Shown: one piece after another, positions 27,111-40,258 of the stretch
Layout: each line of letters begins with the position of its first letter
How positions within the stretch are numbered: the first letter of the stretch is position 1
Assembly: GCA_951406725.2 (NCBI GenBank)
Contig: OX597825.1
Location: forward strand, 1,674,001-1,738,000
Reading direction: 5' to 3'
Source of the DNA: Octopus vulgaris
Taxonomy: Eukaryota
DNA length: 64,000 bases
Translations under genes and position numbers: made by a program
Notes under the pieces: model-generated
The model's input: the letters and a program-made list of their open reading frames with translations, nothing else
What the model was told of the DNA's origin: nothing
Databases searched by the model: none

Positions 27111-27429
27111 TAAGTGTCCTCAATGGCTCGAGTTGGTGGGGAAAAACATTTAATTTGTATAGCTTTAATAAAGCACAGCTACATCTATATAGCTGAGTCT
27201 GTAATTATACATACATATAAATAGTTTTACGGTGTATATAAAAATGTTTCTTTGTACATGTAAGAACTGCTTATTTAATGATAAACTACGATCGCAATTT
27301 TGACAATGAAAGTCTAAACGTATTTACTATTATAAAAGTTGATGCAAGTAGAAGAGTGAATACATCAGATGATATGAGTGCGTAACTACTGCAACCCCGA
27401 GTTCAAAGCCAGTGGGTGAGGAAAGGTAA

Positions 27430-27692
27430 CGCGATGAATCAAATAACAAAAGGATCGATAGGCCACAACTCATGGAAATCAATATCCTGCATTACTTGTC
27501 AGACTCTGAACTGAAACCCAAAAGGGAGATAGAAGAAGGGATACCCTAAAGATAACTGGTGACAGGATACTGAGGCAGAGGTGACAAAGCACGGATCCAG
27601 CTGGAGACCAGCAGAAGAGACAACCCAGAATGGAGGACAGTGGAGAAAAGTCGTCGACAGCCTATTTTCCATTGGGGAGCGAAGAGCTTAAG
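27430..27692 (+). mobile_element. RTE-clade LINE extreme 3' end (decayed)
   Basis: IGHNSWKSISCITCQTLN*NPKGR*KKGYPKDNW*QDTEAEVTKHGSSWRPAEETTQNGGQWRKVVDSL matches RTE WIGHTLRK...ITRQALxWNPxGKRxxGRPKxTW...GxSW...AQxRxxWRxxV. Confidence 0.8.
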
Positions 27693-28178
27693 TGTTTATG
27701 TATTTTAAATGATTAACATAACTTTACCATGATGCAATGCAAGTAAATAGAAATTTGTAAAGTAGGTTAAAGGACGGGCGAGAAGAAATGAGAATGTGAT
27801 AAGAAAGAATGAAATGAAAGAGAAATGGCGTGGAACAGGAGAGAAAGGAAAGCAGAAACTGAAATTGAGAGATGGAGAAGGAGAGAGAAATGGAAAGAAG
27901 AAGGGGATAGGAGGAAGAAGAGAAATTCAAAAAGTGAAAGACAGGCAAACGGATAGATACAGAGAGAGGTAGAGATAGAGATAGAAAGATATATATATAT
28001 ATATAGTGAGAGAGAGAGAGAGAGATAAATATATATAGATAGATAGAAGGAGAGAGGGAGACGATAGTGAGAGCCAAAGTCGAATTGAGAAATACAAAGA
28101 GGAGAAAGAATGTGACAGAAGAAATGTGGAAACATAAAAAGGGATATAGCTAGCCAGTGCGGTAGATAGGTAGACTAG

Positions 28179-28179
<1 letters not shown>

Positions 28180-28243
<64 letters not shown>
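28180..28243. repeat. (GATA)n(GA)n microsatellite
   Basis: Direct reading. Confidence 0.95.
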
Positions 28244-28671
28244 CGGAGGGAAGATCTCTGATGTATTTGAAGACGAGAATGGAAAGCAATATTTAGATTT
28301 GCTGTGTATTTGTAGAAAAACTCTGTCAGCACTTTTCGTTGATATAATTCGGTGATCAATACCTGTATAAACATCCTCGGTGAGTTGTTTGTATTGAATT
28401 CAATGAAATGTTTAATTTACCTGCGTAGGACGTCTTTGATGCAAATGCAGTAGTAGATATATCCGAAATCATTTCAAATGGTATAACAAATGGCTTACCT
28501 AAAATTAGAAGAGAAAGTAGAAAAAGAAGATTGTTAAAATTGGATATCGAATGACCGCAACCTGAAAGCGAAAGTAGGCAACGTAAATAAGTCTTCATAA
28601 AGACGAGACAATAACAATAATAATCAGAGAGATAAGGATAATGATGATGATGATGATAATGATTATAAAGG

Positions 28672-28862
28672 TGCTTGAATTTTGGAACAATGCCAGTAAT
28701 TTCGGTGAAGCGAGTCGATTAGATCGATCCGATGCTCAACTGGTACTTATTTTGTCAATCTGGGAGGGATGAGAGGTAAGGGCGGCCTCAGCGGAATTTG
28801 AACTCAGAACGTAGAGAACGACGAAATGCCGCTAAGCGTTTCCTTCGGCGTGCTAACGACTC
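28672..28862 (-). mobile_element. SINE family B copy
   Basis: CTGGTACTTATTTTGTC...GCGGAATTTGAACTCAGAACGTA...GCCGCTAAGC...CGGCGTGCTAACGA is the reverse complement of family B. Confidence 0.8.
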
Positions 28863-28899
28863 CTGGTTAATTTTTTTCCAGTCACCGACTCATACTCCT

Positions 28900-29345
28900 T
28901 CAGAGTAATGCCGAACACTTCGATGCAGTCCTCAGTTACAGCCAGGAATCTTAAGCATTTCATTTCTCGCGGGATGCTTCTCGAAGCCTGCAAATGTTGC
29001 AGCAGTAACACTTATCAATACGGAAAGGAAGAGAAGGAACACCCTTCACCGAGTAAATTCATAATGTATAGTCTGACCACCGGACAAATGTTGCTGTACA
29101 TTGTAGAGATCTAGCTTCTGAAACGGACCCGAAATCAGACACCTTAAGGACAAGAATAAATGGTTGACACTATCAAACGTTTTTGACTGATATAAAAAGA
29201 TCAAGGCCCCACCAAAACATGGTTCCTTGACCAACTTTCTATAAAGTATATCGGGATAGATGTAGTTGAGTAGAATTTTATTCAAACAAAATTTTATCCC
29301 GTGATTCGAGTTTTATGCTATTGCGAACTTCAGGAGAATTCTCAT
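28900..29345 (-). mobile_element. Tx1/L1-type LINE reverse transcriptase fragment (decayed)
   Basis: GGALIFLYQSKTFDSVNHLFL, then after frameshifts VLKVSDFGSV and S*ISTMYSNICPVVRL and GEGCSFSSFPY. These correspond to LDQSKAFDRVxHxYL..VL...FG..F..WI..MY and QGCPLSPLLY. Confidence 0.75.
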
Positions 29346-29721
29346 CCGAAAATCTCCGTCGCTTGAAATTCAAATCGTAAATAATTCTGTTGCAATAAAC
29401 TGTATACTCCAGAGAACACACTTCCGAATTGCATGTGTGCATCTGTGCGTCAGTTTGTTTATTTGTGTGTGTGTGTGTGTGTATGTGTGTGTGCTAGCGA
29501 AAAATAAAGGCGAACCACTGACATGCCACCACCACCACCACCACCACCACCACCCCATCTCTGTAAAATCAAATTCTTCGCCGTTTTGCAAACACACACA
29601 CACACACAGATATACACACAGGCACGCATACACACAAATAGATAAACATGAATATGGTTATCTATCTATTTATCTATCTACACACACACACACACACAGA
29701 AAGAGAAATGCCTATCTGTAT

Positions 29722-29782
<61 letters not shown>

Positions 29783-30282
29783 TATATATATATACATACG
29801 ACCATACGATGTGCGTCGCACATTGCGCACGCGCGTCTGCGTGTGAATGACTGACATCTTATCATTTATTTCCTTAGAGGCGGCTTTGCTGCAGTTACCA
29901 AAGAATGCCTAACCCGAGATGGTTTGGCCTTCTGTTCGTGCGCTTTTGCCAAAGAAAGAAACCCTTACACTCTGCTGCAATATGTTTTGTGCTTTTTGTG
30001 TACATCATTAGTTCGAGTTTCTCTTTGTACACGGAATACCATTCACCCGATCGACTACTGGTATGAAGCAGTTGCCATTATGAATAGTGATGAATGGGTA
30101 CTAATTAATTGCTGAGGCGAAGCATGACTTAACTAGAACAAATCAGAGTCATTGATAAGGAAATTATAACCAAATACCAAAAACCAGCATTAGTATAGTC
30201 ATATAGTTAAGAAAGTTTCTTCGAAACCATGTGCCTACGGTTTCGATATCACACTGCAGCGACCTCTTGAACTTTGGTACTC

Positions 30283-30321
<39 letters not shown>

Positions 30322-30326
<5 letters not shown>

Positions 30327-30555
30327 AAAAACGGTAAGACAACCAAAGGATTAAAGAGACCTCGATATTATGTAAATAGAGGAATTTATCTGTAAATGTA
30401 ATATGTGACAATTATTCGGTAGCCATGATAAAACTCTGTGTTTCGGATGCCGATGGCTGGATAACTGAAGAGATGGCGGCGTGAATTTCCACCTCGGCAT
30501 CCGAAACTCGGAGTTTTATCATGGCTACCGAAGAATTGTCACATATTACACATAT

Positions 30556-30560
<5 letters not shown>
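30322..30560. mobile_element. HHR-bearing fold-back element inserted in (TA)n
   Basis: 57-bp inverted arms 30397-30453 and 30494-30550 with 3 mismatches; long (TA)n on both sides. Confidence 0.7.
30460..30520 (+). ncRNA. Type I hammerhead ribozyme motif with long stem II
   Basis: GATAA-CTGAAGA-GATG...GTG AATTTC CAC...CATC-C-GAAAC-TCGGA-GTT-TTATC. Stem I GATAA/TTATC is perfect, the core is intact, stem III is ACT/AGT. Predicted cut after 30515. Confidence 0.65.
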
Positions 30561-30615
<55 letters not shown>

Positions 30616-31339
30616 TATATATATACATACATACATCCACTCGGCAGAGCGCAGTAAATACTATCAAGTAGGTTGATGCAGTACCTCACCATATGTATGT
30701 GTTTGCGTGTGTGTATAAATAGATCGATAGATGGATACATGATATTATTTGTCGGTGTAAACATAGCGGCGAGTTGCGTTCTCTGAAGTCAAAAGTTACT
30801 TAATAATTATTAAGTACACTCAATCGCGCGCGGGCATACGCACACAGCCACGCACACAGCCACTCACACAGCCACGCACACACCCACGCACACACACACA
30901 CACACGATATGTTTGCTAATCTTCAAATGTCAGCCTCATTCAAACGTTTCGGTTTTCAGCTTAACCCTACATCTTAAGATCTTCATAGAAAACATTTATC
31001 ACGATGAGGTATTGTCACAAATAATAACAAAATAAAGAATAATAAATTAATAGAACCCTAAAGGGTAATATTCCGAGTATAATTAATAGATATTTGATAG
31101 CGATGTCAGGGACACTCGTGCTATCAACGATGTTATATTATAATTCACATATAATAATGACGTTGCCAATTCTGATATCGAAGAGAAAAAATTAAACGGA
31201 ATATAAAATAAGATAACTTAATTGTTAGTGATAAATTATATATGATATAATTGAAATAATAAATGACATATAGCTTAATTTTAAGCAATTAACACTCACA
31301 GACTTGATTGATGAGTGCAATAAATGACGAACAGATCAT

Positions 31340-31401
<62 letters not shown>

Positions 31402-31491
31402 ATGATCTCTTCGTATATTCGCATGTTTGTATGTATGTATGTATATATATATAAATATATATATATCTATATATATATATATATGTATATG

Positions 31492-31539
<48 letters not shown>

Positions 31540-31734
31540 TATATATATATGTATATATATATGTGTGTGCGTAGAGGGTATGAATGTACATTTTGTACCT
31601 ACGCGCGTACATACATGTGTGTATGTTGAATATCTATACGCATCATGCACACACACACACACGCATGTATAATTATGCTTAATTTCATTCATTAGATCTT
31701 AACAGTTGATTACTTTCTTAAATATAAATACAGT

Positions 31735-31812
31735 CGATGACAATGATTATGTTGATGATGATGATTTCGAGGAAAATGATGAAGATGAGGGTGAAAATAA
31801 TGATGACGACGG

Positions 31813-31844
<32 letters not shown>

Positions 31845-31980
31845 GTGATGGTGTAGATGATAATGATGTCGATAAAGATAATGATCATGCTCATTGTGAG
31901 GATGGTGACAGCGACAGCCACGACTACAACGATTATGAGGAGATGGTTAATTATTATAATAATGATAACGATGATGATTA
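31735..31980. repeat. Degenerate (GAT)n array
   Basis: Direct reading. Confidence 0.9.
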
Positions 31981-32884
31981 GAGCAAATTATAATGTTGCT
32001 AATCTTCTGATACCACCACTACTGCTACTACTGCTAATTAACGAAACGCATATATACATTTTTTGGGTTTTGGTTTTCATTTTAGTTAATAATCATAATG
32101 ATGACACCGAAGAATTTATTTTCCATTTTTAATTTATGTTTACAAATATTTAATACTCAAAGGATTTGGAGAGGACATATTAAAAAGTGATAAAGATGTA
32201 AATATATCCTTTTCGAAATATGTTGTCTCTTCTGCTTCGCTGCACGGAAATTTGGCAGAAAACATACTGAAACAAAATGATTTCCAGCGCATTTCTTTCA
32301 GAGCCAACTGATGAATGGTATTAGAGAGCAGGAGTCCAGTAGGTCTGACATCCCGAAAGCCTAATCACTGAGGAGAGAAACAGATTCAAAGATATAGGAA
32401 AAACGTTGCTGTCAAAATACTGGAAGCGCGGTGAAGGGTAATCGTTGAGAGGGTTATGTAGATTGCCCTTCTTGAGAAACCCAAGAGTGTTTCCAAACAT
32501 CAAGATATATCCAGGGTGAGAGAGAGAAAGTGAGAGAGAAAGAAAGAAAGAGAAAGAAAGAGAGAGGAAGAGGGAGCGAGAGAAAGAAAGAGAGTAAGTG
32601 GGAGAGAGAGACTGAAAAAATTAACGTGGATAATTATATATGCATGTGTGTGTGTGTGTGTGTTTGTGAGTGTGTGTGTGTGTGTATGATGCGTATAAAT
32701 ATTCAACATACACACATGTATGTACGCGCGTAGGTACAAATGTACATTCATACCCCCTACGCACACACATATAATTATTAAGTAACTCTTGAGAATATAG
32801 TACAAGTCCCACATTTTTTGTTTGTTTGCCGAGGTAATACCTACAGTAAAGAATAATTCATTGCGACAACCAGCCAGTTAGGAA

Positions 32885-33340
32885 ACTCGCATGGAAACGC
32901 TCTCCATGTTAGGAATATAAGCTAAATATTTCTCAAATTACAACCAAACCCTAAACCTAAACCTACTGTTTTAAGAAAAGAAAGATGCGTTGGATAACGT
33001 AGATTTAGGTAGACTAATGCTTGAATTAAAGATGAAAGGGTTACAGCTGAATCACCTCTGGAACATCTCTGATCATCTGTCACGCCGACGAAAGCTGGGG
33101 GTCTAGGAGTTAAAAAATAAGTCAAACAAGATCCTTTGGGAGACTGATGGAGTTGTTAGAAATTTCACGTTGCCAAATCTGCTTCAATCGCACGATATCA
33201 AATTTAAGAAAGAAAAAGATACACTAGATAATGTGGTCCTAAATATACTATGACAAAAAAGAAAGATCACGACGATTACCGATAACTTTAATTGTGCATC
33301 TGTCCCCTCGATGTTGACCTGAGAGGTAAACAACAACAAG
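32885..33340 (+). mobile_element. Two tandem degenerate family C copies
   Basis: Each has a CAAAT-type head and GATAATGTGGTCCTA-like core; the second ends TAAACAACAAC. Confidence 0.55.
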
Positions 33341-34879
33341 TGACTGTCATTTTGTTAAATTAATATTTCCATGTCACTACAAATTCCAATACTTTCACCG
33401 AACAATATACAGCCAACTAAATATTTCCATCAGAACAATATAATTGAAGAAAATATAGAATGTCATCTGGAATGGAATGGTTTTCTATCAGGCAAAACAA
33501 AATTTTGCGAAACTAATAGCTTTTGCATCAGGGTTTAATTGAAAATGTGTAGAAGAAATTAATTTTATTTTTATACATAGGACATCATAGCCTAAGACTC
33601 AAAACTATTTTCTTATTCTTACAGTAACAGACTTCTGTATGAATTCAGTGAGGGAAACATAATGTTTTGATTGTATAATTTGACTGAAGAATTTTATAGC
33701 ATATAAATTAAGCAAATAGTAATGATAAGAGAGCGAAAATTTATGAATAGAAGCAGATGCATCTGATGCTGTTGATGATAGTTGGTTCGGAATTTGATAT
33801 CTGCTATTAAAGCCAGCAGGCTTTATTGCGATTTTAATATGACTGCGGTGATGTCAAATCTTTTAGAAAATTGAATCAATCACTCAGACTACTTTCATTA
33901 CCTGTGAGCTAGTAGACAATTCAAGGTAAGAGCTTCGATAATCGAAAAATTATTTCATTTAGTTTCTTTTCCCGTCGGATATGCCGGTCACTGTTCATGT
34001 CACCTTAATACGAGGGAAACATCTGTGAATAAATAGTTAATGTTTACTGCTGCATCCTTGTCTTTTAGGACATAAATTAAGTTAACAAATATTACAGTGG
34101 TAATATAAGTTAGAGAAAAAATAAAAGAACATATAAACGATGTGGAAAACGACTTTAAACACCCAACGACGAGAATATAAATACTAAATTGAAACAACAA
34201 CTTAATGGCGAAATGACGAAGTGCGAAACATATATTCGCTGGTCGGACAACCGCGTCAACTATTAAAACTGTTTCTATACGGACCAACGAGGCAGACTTC
34301 ATAGAATTGCTCAACCTACTATTTATAACTAGAGAAAGGCATCCCACTGTCTGATTTAGTGTTATGTTGTGCACTAAGCATTGTATGAGTATCGTTTCTT
34401 TCATTAATCGTTCGCCTCCTCATAACATAAGATAAAGCATTAATGGATAGCACAATGCTAGAATAGACACACAGAAAACTTGCAATAGGTGCAAACAAAA
34501 CTGAAACGCTGACAGATGGCGGAATAATCGAACGGTCAAAATTCTGGCAATAACTTGTACACTAATCATTTCTTTCTTAGTCCGGCCTTCAATCAGAAGA
34601 TGGGTCTATGAGAGTCTAAAAGCTTAATGAATAACTTTGAGAATATTACTATATCAAAGATGCTGCAAAGGTCGCATAGAGAATCAAGGAAGTAAAATAA
34701 AAATTTATGAGGAAGTTAAAACTAGAACACTGTCGTATATTCATGGGATCACGTCTAAGAGGAAGAGTATTGTTCCTCATACATACATACAAACACACAC
34801 ACGTACATACATACATACATACATACATACTCACACATACATACATACATGCATGCGTGCATATATACATACATGCATA

Positions 34880-34927
<48 letters not shown>

Positions 34928-34949
34928 TATGCGTTATTTTTGTTTGAAT

Positions 34950-35455
34950 CATTGGTGTGCGGCGGCCATACTGGGACACCGTTCTGAAGGACTTAGTTGT
35001 GCAAATCGACCACACTACTTTTTTATTAACGTCTCGCTCTTTTCACAGCGCTTTGGTCGGAGCGAGCCTACAGCTGAAGACACTTGTCCGGAATGTTCCA
35101 CTTATATACTGTTATATTAATTTATCTTTTATTTGTTGGAGCTATTCAAATGCGGCGTTGCTGGGGTGCAACATTGAAATACCTTTTTTTTCAGGTCTGG
35201 TACTTATTCTATCGGACTATCGGTCTATTATGCTGAATCACTAAGTTACGGGGACATAAACATGATATATATTTATGTATATATATATGTGCACACACAG
35301 TGACTGGATTCTTTCACTATCCTTGTATCAAATCCACTGACATGGTCTAGGCCGTCCCGACGCTAGAGTAGAAGGCAATTGGCTATGCAGTGGAACTGAA
35401 CTTGAAGTCATGTGATTGGGAAGAAAAATTCTTACCACACCACACTCATACCTGC
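34950..35455 (-). mobile_element. Degenerate, rearranged SINE family A pieces
   Basis: GCGGCCATACTGGGACACCG, GTACTTATTCTATCGG...CTAAGTTACGGGGAC, CAAATCCACT and TTCTTACCACAC are reverse complements of family A modules. Confidence 0.65.
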
Positions 35456-35534
35456 GTAGATGTGTGTGTGTATGTGTTTGTGTGTCTGTCTGTGTGTCTG
35501 TCTGTCTGTGTCTGTGTGTCTCTCTTTCTTTCTA

Positions 35535-35875
35535 TTGAATAAATTGGAGTCAACAAGAGTCAACAAGAAGGAGTGCAGAGGAACATTTATTTGTAATCTC
35601 TACAATTCTTTCCACGCAACGCAGTTCTCCAGGTTTTTTTTAGGTATTTGGTTATGCAACCGCTTCCCTGCGACTACGCTGCGTGGAAACAACTGTAGTG
35701 GCTACAAATAAATGTTCCTCTCTACTCCTTCCTGTTGACTCCAACTTATTCAATTATCCGTTCACACACTACAGAAGCCCCAACACAAATCTGGCAGTAA
35801 CGTATAATACTTCTGCTCAATAGCACCAAGAGAAATTTGAACGTGGACGAACTGATAACAGAATATAACCTAACT
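35535..35875. mobile_element. Second fold-back element with degenerate HHR-like motif, between microsatellites
   Basis: Inverted arms 35535-35625 and 35673-35753 (about 80 bp; the left arm has a 10-nt duplication AGTCAACAAG). The right arm starts with TACG CTG CGTG-GAAAC-AACT-GTA. Confidence 0.6.
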
Positions 35876-35885
35876 GTGTGTGTGG

Positions 35886-35968
<83 letters not shown>

Positions 35969-36011
35969 CATATATATATATACATGTATGCATGTATATA
36001 TATATATATAT

Positions 36012-36072
<61 letters not shown>

Positions 36073-37164
36073 ATGTATATATATATACACGTATGTATGC
36101 ATATGTTTGTGTGTATATATGTATGTATATGTACGTATGTATTTATGTATAAAGAGTAAATATATGCCAAAGTAATAAGGAAATGTGCATATGATATGTT
36201 TGTATTTTCTACTCCTGTGCAATTTGTGTAAACTTGGCAATAATTTATGGTCTGCTTTAGATGTTTATATTTCTGCCAGGCAACGAAATTAACTTTTTTT
36301 TTTCATTTCTCTAGAAAACTTCTTTAGAAAAGTATATAAAACATCAGCGAAACATAGTTAGTACACGTCATTTACCTTGTAACTCTTGTATCTTTTTCAA
36401 ACTTAAGAAAGTAACACACCCCTTAGTCCAAGTTGTACATAAATCACCGCGAAAATATTCGAGTCCAAAGTTTATATTAGATATACACCTACAGAGAGCT
36501 AAAAATTGTTCTTCAGTGCCATTTTATGTGTTAATGTGTTAATGTGTTATATTTCCGAGCACAGAAAAACATGATTAGACGCCTACTGGAAATTGATAGG
36601 GAGCTATTCAAAGCGAACGCAACTGAAAACGGCAACATGTCAAATTCTGTTTATTCCATCTACTTAATTCCAAGGAATCAGGGATTCTAGTAATTTTGCA
36701 ATGTGTGTAGTGCAATTATGGTTATATATATCACCACATTTATAAATACACACAACCCCCATATAGGTATATATATATATATATAATATATATATTATAT
36801 ATACATACATACACATATGTATGTGAAGTGTGTGTGTGTGTGTGTATATATATCATATATACATACATACACATGTATATGTGAGGTGTGTGTGTGTGTG
36901 TATATATATACATGAATGCTTAAATCTATATGTGGGTGGGTGTATGTGTGTATAAACACTATGTATCATATGGAGAGCGAGAGATGCTTTGTTGTAGAGA
37001 TTACAAATGTGCCCGTGTGTGTACATATGTATGTATATATGTGTGTGTGTGTATATATATAAATAAATATATGCATGCATGTATAATTATATGCATACTT
37101 GTTTGTATGTCTGTCTGTGTGTCTGTCAGTATATATATATATATATACATATGCATGTATTTTC

Positions 37165-37210
<46 letters not shown>

Positions 37211-37222
37211 GCATGTATTTTC

Positions 37223-37258
<36 letters not shown>

Positions 37259-40129
37259 ATAATTGTATAAATTTGTACGCTTGTGCAAGTGCACACGAAT
37301 GCGTGCGTGCATTTACTAGTTTGCTTTCATCAAATCGCTTTGATGTAATTCAGATCGATGCTGATTGCTTCCTGATTATTCTATATCACAACCTTCCTAA
37401 GACACACTCTAAATTAACCATTCTGATTAGAAACAAATATATTTGTGTGCAAAGGCCAACTGCTTGTTAATCACAAACGATTCAGTTAGCTGCAAGTTAA
37501 AACAGAATGAAAGCATAGATTATGTTTATTACGGATGATTGTATTTCTATCTGAATTCAATTTAGATCAATGGCAGAAACTAGTGCTTCCGGTACCCTTG
37601 GAATATGCAATGATTTCCATGCTAGTAATGAACAGATCGAGCTAATAATTTCTATAATTTTTATGTATACACCATTCTTTTGGCAGATGGTTTTTCGTCA
37701 CCTTCCTTTTAATTTGAAGATAAATGCTTTACATGGTTTACAGATTGCCATTTAGGCAAATCAATGAGCCGTGCTTTTTAATCAAACTACTATAATTTGT
37801 TGTATAGAATGTGAAAATCGAATGAAATTGCTTTGTTTCTAGATCCAATCACGTATTTCTTCATCGTATACGCTTCTCAAGTTTCAAGTTAATTGAAGTT
37901 CTTGCAATCAAATCATAGCAGAGACTTAAATCATTGCTGATTTGACACAACCTTTCTTGTTCAACTCTACTCAAAGCAAATTTTCAATTCAAGGAGAATC
38001 CATGAACCATGGTTTCTTTCCCTTTTGCTTCCCTGCAATAAGCTAAGATCTTCTACAGTCTCTTCTCTGACTAAACAATAACAGCTAAAAGAATAAATTA
38101 TTTCGTAAAAGACTTCAACATGTTATTTGCATATGCATTTTAATCAATTTGCAGGTATGTTCTGTATTAACTCCATGTATGATGTGTATGTTAATTGAAA
38201 AATACTTGCCGTTGACTCGAATTTATCATTAAAGATGCCACTGGTTACAAACGTCTAGCAACAGAACTAGTCTACCGAGTAATATTGTAAAGTAGATATC
38301 GATACGAATATTATCGAACTCAGAGAAACCAGCAAATCTATTCTAACAAGAAAATATGAAATTACTGTCCAAGAACATCTGGAGTTGTGAAAGAACAGAA
38401 TTGATAACACTTTAAAACACACACACACACATATATGTGCGCGCGCACCTTGATGTTAATGAACGAGAAAGAAAAAACTTAGTGCTAGGGTAAAGTGGAA
38501 TAATGTATCTAGGCTCATTCAGTAGGTTGTTACTATTGGGTTACTCGGTCGTGTTACTGGAAACTGGTATTGTCAGCCTCGTGCGATTGAATATAATGTG
38601 AAACACAAGTCGAAAGGAAATGAAGCAAGTTAATTTATCCTAGACTTGAACAAATTATTAGAAAGGCAATGAAAATTCTCCCAGTGTGATTTATGAGGCA
38701 AAATATTATGGCAAAATATTGAACGTACTTAGCATCGTTTAATGTGGTAGATAACGCCATAAACTTGACGGTTACGCCTTGAGTCATGTAATCAACACAT
38801 TTATTCAATGGGTGTGCGCAACAAGTAATTAGGAATGTGTGTGTCTGCGTGCGTGTATCTATTTCTATATACATGTATACACACACAGAGACATGTGCGC
38901 ACCTATAAAAATGCCCATTCGTATGTATATGTGTGCACGAATATATATATATGTGTGTGTGTGTGTTTATGTAATAACACACACACATACATATATACGC
39001 TTATAAAAAAAAAAGAAGCAGAAAACGAATTGTTGAATAAGGTGAAACAAATACTAATTTGTCATGTTCATGCCTTTAGCGTGAGTATTAACGACATAAA
39101 AGAAGTTAAATAGATCAAAATCGAAACCATAACACTGGCCTGCGGACTCAGCCTCCAAGAAAGAAAGAAGCGGGGGAGAGAGAACGAGAGAGAGAGAGAG
39201 AGAGTGTGTGAGAAAGTGAGGAAGTCTGAGGGTGAGAGAGTTGGAGAGTACTCTTTGTCTTCGGGACTCATTTTTATTTATCATTCATCATGAAGAATCA
39301 TTAGCAGTCAGTAGAGATATTTACGCTAGTTGAATAGTATGCTACCGTTTTACACGAAATGTGGTTTTATTAGATAGAGGACAGAAGAAACATTTGCCCG
39401 CAGGCAGCTCGGAGTCTCTCTTCTGGATCAGGCAACTCTGTAATTCCGTCGCCAGAGCAAATGAACGCTACTTTGAGATCGGGCCAAGAATATCTGACTG
39501 CACAAAACGTCGGTAACGCAGAAAATAATTACAAAATAAATAAACAAACAACTAAAACAAAATAGATAAATGTCTAAAAGAGATAGAAATACAAGAAATT
39601 GCAAAATGTCATGATCAAAATTTCTGATCTTCTCTTTAAACGGTATGGTGAGCCAATTAGTACTTGTAAAATGTATCGACATAATTTACAGTACTCACTT
39701 TTTCTCACCAAAGGCATAAACACCCATCTAATTGCTACATATGACAAGCTGATTGAAGTTTTGAGTTTACAGGGATGTATTTTCTTTTTTATGTATTTCT
39801 ACACTTTACATTTTCTTATTTCTTTTACTTATACTTTCGCCATAGTTTTGGTTCATTATTGCAAAATATAACATTTTCTTTGTGAAATAGCTTTAACGAA
39901 TATCAAACGGTTGACAGAACGGTTGAAGAATTTCAGTGTTTTAATTAATGTTGTCCTTAAACAAGTAAACTAAACATTGTGCAAAACAAAAAACAAAACT
40001 GCGAATTTAATTTTTGAATTTCCAATTTCAAAATATTGTAAATTATTTTAACAATGACATCAGCAAAAATTTATTTTAATGTAATTCGATTTCGCTTTAG
40101 CTTCAATTTTGTACTCCGGTAAATAGACG

Positions 40130-40258
40130 TATGTATGTATGTATGTATGTATGTATGTATGTATGTATGTATGTATGTATGTATGTATGTATGTATGTAT
40201 GTATGTATGTATGTATTTATGTATGTATGAATGTATGTATGTATGTATGTATGTATGT
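40130..40258. repeat. (ATGT)n microsatellite
   Basis: Direct reading. Confidence 0.95.

Noticed and set aside
31706-31981. Acidic Asp-rich ORF
   Set aside because: Explained by the (GAT)n array; no splice or start support.
39346-39497. Candidate minus-strand exon (RYSWPDLKVAFICSGDGITELPDPERD...)
   Set aside because: Weak donor (GTAGCA), no recognisable protein, no partner exons.
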